DNA of 44,133 nucleotides. It comes from Candidatus Spechtbacteria bacterium RIFCSPLOWO2_12_FULL_38_22. Its GTDB lineage: Bacteria; Patescibacteriota; Minisyncoccia; Spechtbacterales; 2-12-FULL-38-22. Location: NCBI GenBank assembly GCA_001820055.1, contig MHOK01000009.1:1-44133 (forward strand). Reading direction: 5' to 3'. Below, piece by piece: positions 1 through 8,241 of this stretch. The notes beneath the pieces are model-generated. The model saw only the letters and a program-made list of their open reading frames with translations, was not told the DNA's origin and did not search any database. The stretch's first letter is position 1. Each line of letters opens with the position of its first letter. The position numbers and the translations under genes are program-made.

Positions 1-96
1 CAAAGGAGGCGGGGCGACGGACTCGCCCGCGCGGAGGAGGGGTCTGGGGAGGAATCCGCGCGGGCTTCGGCTTTCTTTTTTTAAAAAATCGGCGGC
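1..96. repeat. Left arm of a long GC-rich inverted repeat (truncated by window start)
   Basis: Bases 1-96 are the exact reverse complement of 1644-1739. Internal 11-bp hairpin GCCCGCGCGGA/TCCGCGCGGGC (25-35/55-65). Confidence 0.97.
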
Positions 97-165
97 TAAA
101 AAATTAGAAAATGTCATAGTGTATTTTAGTATAACATTGTCTGTAAATATAACAAAGTGTAAAAT

Positions 166-501
166 ATGGATAATATGGCTGATAAGTTCAGATCAGATAA
201 ATACCGCAAGGCGAGAGATGGGTACTCTCGGTTTTTGAATGTTCTTTGCGAACATTGTGGCGCAAAAATCCTTGTTTATCAGAAAGACGGCCCCGGCCCT
301 CTGAAACGTCTTTACCTAGATAGGATTTTTGCGCCAGAAAATTTGGCAAATTTTCAAAAACTCTCAATAGGTAATGTGCCGAATTTAATTTGTCAAAAAT
401 GTAAATCTGTTTTGGCTATTCCATATATTTACAAAAAGGAGCAACGAAAAGCATACCGGCTTTTTGTGGGTGCAGTCACTAAAAAAATTACAAAAGTATG
501 A
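166..501 (+). CDS. Basic Zn-ribbon hypothetical protein
   Basis: Two CxxC pairs (CEHC, CQKC). ATGA overlap with the next gene. Confidence 0.75.
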   Translation: MDNMADKFRSDKYRKARDGYSRFLNVLCEHCGAKILVYQKDGPGPLKRLYLDRIFAPENLANFQKLSIGNVPNLICQKCKSVLAIPYIYKKEQRKAYRLFVGAVTKKITKV

Positions 502-704
502 ATCCAGCTTCCGAAAAATTAGGCCTAAACATGAAGCGCATCAGAGCCAAAAAGAAAATGTCGCAAGGTGATATTGCTCGCGCTTTAGAGGTTGATAGGG
601 GTTATATTAGTAATATTGAGAACGGCAAGAAAAATCCAACCCTTGCGACAATCCAAAAGTTGGCTGATGCGCTTGGAGTATCGGCTGATGAACTTTTGAA
701 ATAA
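498..704 (+). CDS. XRE-family HTH transcriptional regulator
   Basis: MSQGDIARALEVDRGYISNIENGKKNPTLATIQKLADALGV is a classic HTH_3 pattern. Confidence 0.95.
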   Translation: MNPASEKLGLNMKRIRAKKKMSQGDIARALEVDRGYISNIENGKKNPTLATIQKLADALGVSADELLK

Positions 705-708
705 ATTT

Positions 709-1245
709 ATGAATATGTTATACGAACAAATTGCAAAAATCATAGAGCCCTCAATCTGCGACAGTGAAAACACTCGCATAAATTTCCTTAAGAGATTAGA
801 AGAAGGAAATTTTACTAGAGACGAAAATCCGCAAACTCACTATTGCGCCTATTTCCTTCCTTACGACCAGAAGGAGAAAAAAGTTTTTATCGTCCATCAT
901 AAAAAGTCCGATCTTTGGCTTTCTCCTGGCGGACATATTGATAAAGGCGAAGGACTTTTAGAAACTTTGAATAGAGAAATTGATGAGGAGCTTGGAGTAA
1001 AAAACTTTTTTAAAGAAGCCCAATCTCCATTTTTATTGACTATCACTCCGATTGAAAATAAGGTTCAACCTTGTAAAGTTCATTATGATATTTGGTATTT
1101 AGTTCTCACAGACGGTTCAAATTTTAATGTTGATCCGAAAGAATTTCACGAAACAAGATGGCTAACGATTGAGGAAGCAGAGAAAATCGTTACCGATGGA
1201 CCAAACAGGAAAGCATTAGAAATTGTAAAGAAAAAATATGAATAA
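709..1245 (+). CDS. NUDIX hydrolase
   Basis: Nudix box PGGHIDKGEGLLETLNREIDEELG. Confidence 0.93.
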   Translation: MNMLYEQIAKIIEPSICDSENTRINFLKRLEEGNFTRDENPQTHYCAYFLPYDQKEKKVFIVHHKKSDLWLSPGGHIDKGEGLLETLNREIDEELGVKNFFKEAQSPFLLTITPIENKVQPCKVHYDIWYLVLTDGSNFNVDPKEFHETRWLTIEEAEKIVTDGPNRKALEIVKKKYE

Positions 1246-1639
1246 AAAATCACTAGACCCAGCTGGACATTTAACGCTCGCCGTTAGTAATCTTGAAAAA
1301 AGCAAAAAATTTTATAAATCCTTGTTTGGAAAACTGAAATTCAAACAGATTCGAGACGGCGAGCGTAGCGTGGCTTGGGCTACGCGAGAAGGTTTTGGTA
1401 TTTGGATTAGGCAAGCAAAACATGCCAAGCCGCGCTATAAGTATTTTGCGCCTAGCCTTCAACACTTATGCGTAAAAGCAAAAACGAGGAAAACAGTTGA
1501 TGAAATCTACAAGCTTATGTCGGCAAAGAAAATTTTCGTCTTTGACGAACCAAAAGCTTATCCTGAATATACGCCGAAATATTATGCCGTTTTCTTTGCC
1601 GACCCAGATGGAATAAAAATTGAGATTGCCTATTATTAA
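1238..1639 (+). CDS. VOC/glyoxalase family protein
   Basis: HLTLAVSNLEKSKKFY at the N-terminus, QHLC, and FFADPDGIKIE at the C-terminus. Confidence 0.92.
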   Translation: MNKKSLDPAGHLTLAVSNLEKSKKFYKSLFGKLKFKQIRDGERSVAWATREGFGIWIRQAKHAKPRYKYFAPSLQHLCVKAKTRKTVDEIYKLMSAKKIFVFDEPKAYPEYTPKYYAVFFADPDGIKIEIAYY

Positions 1640-1643
1640 TGTT

Positions 1644-1739
1644 GCCGCCGATTTTTTAAAAAAAGAAAGCCGAAGCCCGCGCGGATTCCTCCCCAGACCC
1701 CTCCTCCGCGCGGGCGAGTCCGTCGCCCCGCCTCCTTTG
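1644..1739. repeat. Right arm of the GC-rich inverted repeat
   Basis: Exact reverse complement of 1-96. Begins after a 4-nt gap following the VOC stop codon. Confidence 0.97.
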
Positions 1740-1788
1740 CCCCAGAAAAATAGTGGCGGGGCGCATCATTTCAGATTTCGCTCTGCGC

Positions 1789-1814
1789 CCGTCCATAGCT
1801 TTACGCGAAGGAGG
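1789..1814. repeat. REP-like short element (CCGTCC...CGAAGGAGG)
   Basis: Shares both ends with the element at 29531-29565. Confidence 0.5.
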
Positions 1815-1960
1815 GTTTTGGATTTGTGTATCAAATTTGGTAAAATAATTTCAAAAGTTTGTGAAGGTTTTAATTCGGGAGCCAATTTTTGAATCATATT
1901 TTGTAATAGTTGTTTTTAATACCCCCCCCGCAGGGTTTATATATTTGATATACTTAGAAT

Positions 1961-2428
1961 ATGAAAAAAATAGTGTTGCTAGGTCGTGGTGGGGCAGGTA
2001 AATCAACCACAGCTAGAAAGATCGGTGAGATAGCAAGCTTACCCGTTATTGAATTAGATAAATATTTTTGGCAACCAGGCCTAATACCATTAAGCAAAGA
2101 GAGGTGGATATTAAAACAAAGAGAACTTGCTATTAATGATAGGTGGATTATGGACGGTGACTTGGGCAAATACGATGTTTTAAATGAAAGATTAAAACTA
2201 GCTGATACAATAATAATTTTAAACTTTCCTTTTTGGACCTGTTTTCTTCGTGCATCAAAACGCTCAAAAGAAAGAATGGATTTTTGGTGGTGGCTATTCA
2301 CTTGGCGCTTTTTAGAACTACCTAAAATTATGAAAATGATTAAAGATTATTCGCCGACATCTGCAGTTATAATAATAAAAAGTCAGAAAGAATTAGACAA
2401 TTTTTTAATGAAAATTAAAAACAACTAA
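1961..2428 (+). CDS. P-loop kinase, adenylate kinase/FlaR (topology modulation)-like
   Basis: GRGGAGKST, ELDKYFWQPG, WIMDG, RLKLADTII. Confidence 0.85.
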   Translation: MKKIVLLGRGGAGKSTTARKIGEIASLPVIELDKYFWQPGLIPLSKERWILKQRELAINDRWIMDGDLGKYDVLNERLKLADTIIILNFPFWTCFLRASKRSKERMDFWWWLFTWRFLELPKIMKMIKDYSPTSAVIIIKSQKELDNFLMKIKNN

Positions 2429-2512
2429 ATCATTTTTTATTTTTATCCAATCCAAAGTTCTAAATCTGTCTAACAATGCGAGCCAAGAAACTAGATATGT
2501 TAAAATGAAAAC

Positions 2513-3967
2513 ATGAATAAAGTTTTTAACACAAGATATTTAGTACATTTGGTATTGGCTGGTTTGTTTAGTTTTTTAGTTTTTAACTTGACTTATGCTG
2601 TTAGGCCAAGCGACTATGATCTAAAAGAAGGTGACACTACTAGCGCATCCGGATCTGATGACCCAGACGTTTATATAATTAACGAACATGGATATAAAAG
2701 GTTATTTTTGAATCCAGTCATTTTTAATTTTTATGGACATTTAGGGGGCTTTGCAAAAGTAAAAGCAATTTCTCCAAGTACTCGAGATGCATTTATAACT
2801 TCAGGGCTGTTTCGCAATTGTGAAGCAAACGACGAGAAAGTATACGGGTTAGAATCAACTGGCGAAGATACTTCAATACTTCACTGGATTAACACCACCG
2901 GCGCTCAAGCGGTAATTGACGACCCTAATTTTTTCAAAAAGGTATTTTGTATTAATAATAATGAGTTTAATTGGTATTTAAAAGGCTCAGATTACAACTC
3001 TGTAAACCAAATACCCGTTTACTCTCGAGATACTACATCAACGTCTACTGTAAGAGTGGGAATTATAGAATTTGTGCCACAAAATGTTGTTTATGGTGAT
3101 GTGCACTATGCTTATTTGAAAAAAACATCTGGGTGTTGGCTTAGCTCCGGTGGAGAAATTGGAAACTATTATTGGGTGTCCGGCTCAAATCAATCCATTC
3201 ACTCAAGTGATTGTTACGACATACTAGAAACGTATTCTTTCCTTGATATTTTTAATAACCTCAGTAAGGGCATATCCAAAAATGTTCAGAGGACAATATA
3301 CGGGGAGGAGGATACTATGGAAACACTACATTCTGTTTATTACATTAAAGATTTCTATGAAAAGGAAGCATTAAAATACGGCGTTTCCGACCTAGCAATT
3401 GATATTGATGTAAAGGGTCCTTATATGCTTGCAAGCGATCCACCGTTAGGTGGCCGGTGGGGTGTGGGGGAGGGGGTATGTAACGCCAGTCTAACGGAGT
3501 TTTTTGTCAACGAGGCGATAAGTAGAGGGGTTGATGAAAGCCAATATGATGTAATCGCATACGTATATTTGGGCGATTGGCAACTGTCTGGTAGATCGTA
3601 TGAAGGATTTACGAGTTGCGCAACTGGTTCAAAAAGTTTTATGACAGTTACTACGTGGCGACTTCCACAAGAGGATGAGGGCGTAGTGACACTCGCTCAT
3701 GAATTAGGTCATAGTTTTGGAGCGAGCGATTATTACACATCGCCTTGCCCTCAAAATCCTACATTGTGGTCTTGCGTGAAGGACCCGGAAGGCATACCGG
3801 AGCCAAATAAAATACCTAAGTATCCACAAACAAAGGGCTGCTTGATGGCTCAGATTATAGCATACAATAAACCAGGGTCAGATGAAGCAGGCGACGCAAC
3901 TAGTATTTCCAATCTTAATCAGGCTGTAATATGTGACGCCACAGCCAGAGAGTTTGGCTGGAGATGA
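2513..3967 (+). CDS. Secreted zinc metallopeptidase with a distinct N-terminal domain
   Basis: Signal peptide, HELGHSFGASD (HExGHxxGxxD), candidate Met-turn CLMA. Confidence 0.8.
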   Translation: MNKVFNTRYLVHLVLAGLFSFLVFNLTYAVRPSDYDLKEGDTTSASGSDDPDVYIINEHGYKRLFLNPVIFNFYGHLGGFAKVKAISPSTRDAFITSGLFRNCEANDEKVYGLESTGEDTSILHWINTTGAQAVIDDPNFFKKVFCINNNEFNWYLKGSDYNSVNQIPVYSRDTTSTSTVRVGIIEFVPQNVVYGDVHYAYLKKTSGCWLSSGGEIGNYYWVSGSNQSIHSSDCYDILETYSFLDIFNNLSKGISKNVQRTIYGEEDTMETLHSVYYIKDFYEKEALKYGVSDLAIDIDVKGPYMLASDPPLGGRWGVGEGVCNASLTEFFVNEAISRGVDESQYDVIAYVYLGDWQLSGRSYEGFTSCATGSKSFMTVTTWRLPQEDEGVVTLAHELGHSFGASDYYTSPCPQNPTLWSCVKDPEGIPEPNKIPKYPQTKGCLMAQIIAYNKPGSDEAGDATSISNLNQAVICDATAREFGWR

Positions 3968-4064
3968 TACTAAACTGTTTGCTCTCCGGACTGGAATTTT
4001 ACATAAACACATATTTGTGCGGGGTAGTTAAAAATAACCCAATAAGTTGTGTTACAATTAGGTT

Positions 4065-4523
4065 ATGAAAAGCAATTTTATTTCAGCAGTTGTTAATATC
4101 ACCATTCTTTCTGTTACTATTTTTGCTGTCAGTATTTATTTTATTTCTAACAATGAACTGATTGGCGTAATAATTTTTGGATTAGGTATTCTTTGTCTTA
4201 TTTCTTTAATTCCCTTTAAAATATCCATAAGTAAGATTTGGCCAGATATCATTTTTGGGTTAATTGATGACGGAATTTTAGCAATATTAGCTATTTTTGG
4301 AGGAAAGATAGCCGGAGTTGCCGGCGCGGTTATCGGCGGTGTTGTTGGCAACGCAATAACAGACGGTATCGCCGGAGTATTCGAGGGATATGCGGCGGAA
4401 AAAATGAGAGCAAAGAACATTTCTGACCAACGGACAATGTTAGGTTCGGCCGTAGGGAAAATGGCAGGATGTCTATTGGGTGCAGGAGCGGTTTTAATCG
4501 TAGCGAACCTGTTTAATATTTAA
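4065..4523 (+). CDS. Gly-rich membrane protein, TMEM65/VIT1-like
   Basis: Hydrophobic helices with FGLIDDG, GNAITDG and GCLLG motifs. Confidence 0.6.
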   Translation: MKSNFISAVVNITILSVTIFAVSIYFISNNELIGVIIFGLGILCLISLIPFKISISKIWPDIIFGLIDDGILAILAIFGGKIAGVAGAVIGGVVGNAITDGIAGVFEGYAAEKMRAKNISDQRTMLGSAVGKMAGCLLGAGAVLIVANLFNI

Positions 4524-4561
4524 GTCTGGTATATAAATATAATTATTTTGCCATTTAAAAT

Positions 4562-5023
4562 ATGAATCTCACAAACTTTTTTCAAAAAAATACTGTTTGG
4601 AAGAAACTTTTTTTCGTATCGTTCTTCCTTTTTCTATATTGGCCCCTAACTAATATACTAGAGGGAGATTACATATCAGCTTTGTGGACTTTTGGAGTCG
4701 GCACGATGCTTTATGCAGGTTCGTATAGTTTACTTAGGTTAGATGGAAAGATACAAATGTTTTGTGGAGTGGCAATTGTTAGCGCAACAGTTTTAACAAT
4801 GTTTATGCTTTTTAGTTTAGGATTAGGTACAGCGACTGAGATTAATTACATAGAATTGGCACCATATATTTTTTCGTCGATTTTTATGTTCATAGCTAGC
4901 TCTCTTAGATTTATTCAAAAATGGGGCTTGAAAACCTTACTTTTGATTTTGTTGATTGCCTGGTTTTCAATAAGGGTACTTAGCTACGTAAAGAGTAAGA
5001 GTATGTTTTATTTGGGATTATAA
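4562..5023 (+). CDS. Multi-pass membrane protein, unknown function
   Basis: About 5 hydrophobic segments. Confidence 0.7.
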   Translation: MNLTNFFQKNTVWKKLFFVSFFLFLYWPLTNILEGDYISALWTFGVGTMLYAGSYSLLRLDGKIQMFCGVAIVSATVLTMFMLFSLGLGTATEINYIELAPYIFSSIFMFIASSLRFIQKWGLKTLLLILLIAWFSIRVLSYVKSKSMFYLGL

Positions 5024-5111
5024 AGATAAACTGTTTTGCAACGCTCATAATTCGGAGATATAATAAATTTTTGTTACTGAACCCGAGGTTAGTAGGTTCA
5101 GTTTAAAATAT

Positions 5112-5141
5112 AAAAAAACCACCTTTCACTTGGTGGTTTTT
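5112..5141. terminator. Bidirectional intrinsic terminator
   Basis: AAAAAAACCACC-loop-GGTGGTTTTT between convergent genes. Confidence 0.75.
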
Positions 5142-5156
5142 GATGTGTCGTTTTTG

Positions 5157-5723
5157 CTACTCGGAAGGTGCAATTTGGATACGCACAGGTTCTGTATTCA
5201 AAATAAGTGGCTGGTCAAAAACCAGAAGGTTATCACCGTAGATTATTCCCATAGCATCTGTTGCCGCATCTTTAACAATCCAACCAGTACACGATGCACT
5301 TGCGCCCGCCCCGCCGTAGTAGATGCCATCAAGCGACGGCGCTGTAAGGATCATGTTTCCCCATTGACTTTCTTTTATATCCTCCGTAGAAGAAAGAAAA
5401 GCGCATACATTAACAGGGATAGTAGTGCTTACAAAGTAGAGGACCGCATTCCCATTCTCTCCAAGAACATATATATACCACGGATGGTTTATAAGATCTT
5501 GGCGCTGTGTATACTCTACTAAAAGTTCGCGTAAAGGGAAGTTCTCTTGCATGGGTGCTGGGTATAACGCTTCAGCACGTTCAAAGTTCTTCCAACGTGC
5601 GGAGATTGCATCCTTGCGGCTTTCCTCTCCACCCGGAGTTTCTGTAGTGTCACCACATGCCGTACCAAGTAACAAAAAGGCAAGTATTGCTAACAGGAGC
5701 TTGATTCCTAGTTTATTGCGCAT
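5157..5723 (-). CDS. Lipoprotein, unknown function
   Basis: Basic N-terminus, hydrophobic core, lipobox LGTA-C. SD AAGGAGGT 8 nt upstream. Confidence 0.85.
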   Translation of the reverse strand: MRNKLGIKLLLAILAFLLLGTACGDTTETPGGEESRKDAISARWKNFERAEALYPAPMQENFPLRELLVEYTQRQDLINHPWYIYVLGENGNAVLYFVSTTIPVNVCAFLSSTEDIKESQWGNMILTAPSLDGIYYGGAGASASCTGWIVKDAATDAMGIIYGDNLLVFDQPLILNTEPVRIQIAPSE

Positions 5724-6151
5724 CTGGTTTTACCTCCTTCGGGGTAGTTTGTGTCTGGAATCTGGTAAGGAAGATCTGTATCGCGGAATTGTCCTTCGGT
5801 CCAGTCTTTCAAAGCGTCCTGGTTGTATCGTGCGATCGCCTGATGGCGTGCGCCCTTAACTCCGGCGATACTCGTTACTGTGATATTGTATTCACGCGAT
5901 CCAGATTGGTAATATCCAAGTGCAGTAGTAAGTTCATCGATCTGTCCTTCAAGGCCCTGAATGGAAGCACATTGGTTGAAAAAAGTCTGATATGCCTGAA
6001 TCTGGAAGTCTGCCGACTGGATGTCTTTGTGGGCTTCACCACGGCCATAGATGCCCGCGGTTGCAACACCAAGACCCCAAATCGCAACGACTACTAACCA
6101 CAATGCAAGAAAAACGAGTATGACAGTTGTTACTGCTTTACGGTTACTCAC
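5708..6151 (-). CDS. N-terminally anchored helical protein, unknown function
   Basis: GTG start with AAGGAG SD. One TM helix. 16-nt overlap with the lipoprotein gene. Confidence 0.85.
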   Translation of the reverse strand: MSNRKAVTTVILVFLALWLVVVAIWGLGVATAGIYGRGEAHKDIQSADFQIQAYQTFFNQCASIQGLEGQIDELTTALGYYQSGSREYNITVTSIAGVKGARHQAIARYNQDALKDWTEGQFRDTDLPYQIPDTNYPEGGKTRCAIN

Positions 6152-6171
6152 GTTTTCTCCTTTCGGTGATG

Positions 6172-6242
6172 ATTATAGCAAAATATTAAAAAAAGTCAAG
6201 AGCTCACGATAATTTGACTAACTGTCAGTTTTGTGATAGTAT
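6172..6242. promoter_or_regulatory. Back-to-back sigma70-type promoters
   Basis: Minus strand: TTGACT(6199-6194)-16-TATAAT(6177-6172). Plus strand: TTGACT(6214)-17-TAGTAT(6237). Both have TGn. Confidence 0.75.
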
Positions 6243-6268
6243 TTTTTTAGTTGTTAGGAGCTGAGAAA

Positions 6269-6586
6269 ATGTCACAAGAAGCTTACAAGGTATTAAAAGA
6301 AGATCTAACAAACGTAGGACTTTTAAATGCTCCCCAAATACAATACGCTTTTGGAAGATGGATTAGCCCCATAGAGCCACTGTCCACTCATGCAAGAAAA
6401 GGTGGCGGGCTGTGGGTAGCTCCGACGCTATCTGTTGCTAGGCAATATGTTAGATATTTAAGAAAAAAACATGGTATTACGGCCAGAGTATTTAAGTGCC
6501 GTATAGGAAAAATTCTTTACAGATCATCGTGCAGAATAAAGACAGATAAGTTATTTTTTACAAAAGCGGACGAAATAAAAATATAG
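6269..6586 (+). CDS. Basic hypothetical protein
   Basis: ATG 6269 is preceded by TAGGAG, so it is preferred over TTG 6251. Terminator follows. Confidence 0.75.
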   Translation: MSQEAYKVLKEDLTNVGLLNAPQIQYAFGRWISPIEPLSTHARKGGGLWVAPTLSVARQYVRYLRKKHGITARVFKCRIGKILYRSSCRIKTDKLFFTKADEIKI

Positions 6587-6618
6587 AGCTCATGCGTTCA
6601 CTCGATATGGGCTTTTTT
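6586..6618 (+). terminator. Intrinsic terminator
   Basis: GAGCTCATG...TATGGGCTT stem with G-U pairs, then a T tract. Confidence 0.55.
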
Positions 6619-6678
6619 ATTGCGAGGGTGCTGTTTAGTATGGTATGCTCCAAATAGCACCTATACAGGGGAAAGAAA

Positions 6679-6954
6679 GTGAGTTCTCTCGATATGTTCG
6701 GGGTATTTAATACTCCATGTCCTAATTGTGGTAGTAAAGTGGAATATAAATACTATTCTCCTGGATGCGACACCCCGCATCCCCAAGGTGGTATTTACTG
6801 TACGAACGAAAATTGTTGTAACGAATATTCTATTACCGAGTGGTTAGAAATTTCTGCGGGAGAAATAATTGATAAAAGATTGATATCTAGTTTACTAGAT
6901 ATCGAACGAGATAGGGCGTTTAGAAAGCATGGATTAACATGTTGTCCCATCTAA
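6679..6954 (+). CDS. Cys-rich Zn-ribbon hypothetical protein
   Basis: CPNC and CTNENCC. Purine-rich SD (AGGGGA). Terminator follows. Confidence 0.7.
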   Translation: MSSLDMFGVFNTPCPNCGSKVEYKYYSPGCDTPHPQGGIYCTNENCCNEYSITEWLEISAGEIIDKRLISSLLDIERDRAFRKHGLTCCPI

Positions 6955-6961
6955 CATATTT

Positions 6962-6986
6962 AGTCGTCCGTTAGGGCGACTTTTTT
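6962..6986 (+). terminator. Intrinsic terminator
   Basis: AGTCGTCC-GTTA-GGGCGACT plus T tract. Confidence 0.8.
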
Positions 6987-7019
6987 CTTTGAGCACAAGA
7001 ATCGTGTTAAAATAAAATT

Positions 7020-8231
7020 ATGAATCTGAAATTTCCAGAGAATTTTTTTTGGGGATGCGCTACAAGCGCGCATCAAGTGGAGGGCAATAATAAAAACAAT
7101 GATTGGTGGCGCGCAGAACAGATAGGAGAAGTGCCATATAAATCAGAAGAGGCGTGTGATTCATATAATCGCTATCAAGAAGATTTTGATTTAGCAAAAA
7201 AAATGCACAATAACGCGCATCGCTTTTCTATTGAATGGAGCAGAATTGAACCACGCGAAGGAAATTTTAACCAAAATGAAATAGAGCATTATCGTAAAGT
7301 AATTCATGCGCTCAAAGAACGCGGTATGGAGCCGTTTGTTACACTTCATCATTTTACAAACCCTATTTGGTTTGCTGACATCGGTGGTTGGGCAAACAAA
7401 AAAGCGCCTTTTTATTTTGCGCGCTACGCAGAATATGTGGTTAAAAATTTAGGAGAGGAGGTTAAATATTGGATAACCATAAACGAGCCAAATGTATATG
7501 TGGGTATGTTGGCCTTAGGATATGGTCCCTGGACACATTGGCCCGACCAATCTCGTAAAAATTTTTTTAGGTTTATGCGTTTAGCAAAGAACATGACTAA
7601 AGCGCATAAAAAAGCTTATAAAAAAATAAAAAAGTTACAGCCCAATAGTTTTGTAGGGCTTAACCACGGGAATGTTTTTGTTGGTCGCGCTAACAATAAT
7701 CTTGTTACTTATTTCGTCTGGTTTTTAGTTAATTGGTTTAAAAATAAGTTATTTTTAAATAAAGTAGCAAGGTATTTGGATTTTGTAGGTTTTAGCTACT
7801 ATACACGAGTTATAATCACCCCCAGTTTTTCTAATCCGGAAACGTGGGTAAGGTGGGAGCATAAAGATGACAGACCGGTCGCAGATGGTGGCTGGGAAAT
7901 ATATCCGCAAGGTATATATTTTGTTACTAAACAGGCCATGCGCTACAAAAAACCAATTTTTATTTTTGAAAATGGCATAGCCGACGCAGACGACGACCAA
8001 CGGTCTATGTTTATAAAAAACCATTTACGTTGGCTTCATAAGGCAATAAGCGAAGGGGCGGATGTGCGCGGATATTTTTATTGGTCGCTACTGGACAATT
8101 TTGAGTGGGCAGAAGGTTTTAAGCAGAAGTTTGGATTAGTGGAAGTTAATTTTAATACGTTTGAACGTAAAGCGCGCCCAAGCAGTATTTTTTATGCGCA
8201 AATATGTAAAGATAATGAGTTAAAAATTTAA
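7020..8231 (+). CDS. Glycoside hydrolase family 1 (beta-glucosidase-like)
   Basis: FPENFFWGCATSAHQVEG, TINEP (acid/base), FENG (nucleophile), YWSLLDNFEW. Confidence 0.96.
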   Translation: MNLKFPENFFWGCATSAHQVEGNNKNNDWWRAEQIGEVPYKSEEACDSYNRYQEDFDLAKKMHNNAHRFSIEWSRIEPREGNFNQNEIEHYRKVIHALKERGMEPFVTLHHFTNPIWFADIGGWANKKAPFYFARYAEYVVKNLGEEVKYWITINEPNVYVGMLALGYGPWTHWPDQSRKNFFRFMRLAKNMTKAHKKAYKKIKKLQPNSFVGLNHGNVFVGRANNNLVTYFVWFLVNWFKNKLFLNKVARYLDFVGFSYYTRVIITPSFSNPETWVRWEHKDDRPVADGGWEIYPQGIYFVTKQAMRYKKPIFIFENGIADADDDQRSMFIKNHLRWLHKAISEGADVRGYFYWSLLDNFEWAEGFKQKFGLVEVNFNTFERKARPSSIFYAQICKDNELKI

Positions 8232-8241
8232 AATAAGTTTT

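Larger units (their letters stand above)
1..1739. mobile_element. IR-bounded 4-gene cassette (possible non-autonomous mobile or invertible unit)
   Basis: Perfect IRs flank four tightly coupled ORFs. No transposase or recombinase inside. Confidence 0.5.

Noticed and set aside
1620-1892. 90-aa ORF
   Set aside because: It is a translation of the GC-rich inverted repeat, overlaps the VOC end, and is Pro/Arg-rich with no domain.
5130-6097. Plus-strand ORFs 5130-5522, 5551-5859 and 5789-6097
   Set aside because: They are shadows of the two minus-strand genes that have SDs, a lipobox/TM and a promoter.
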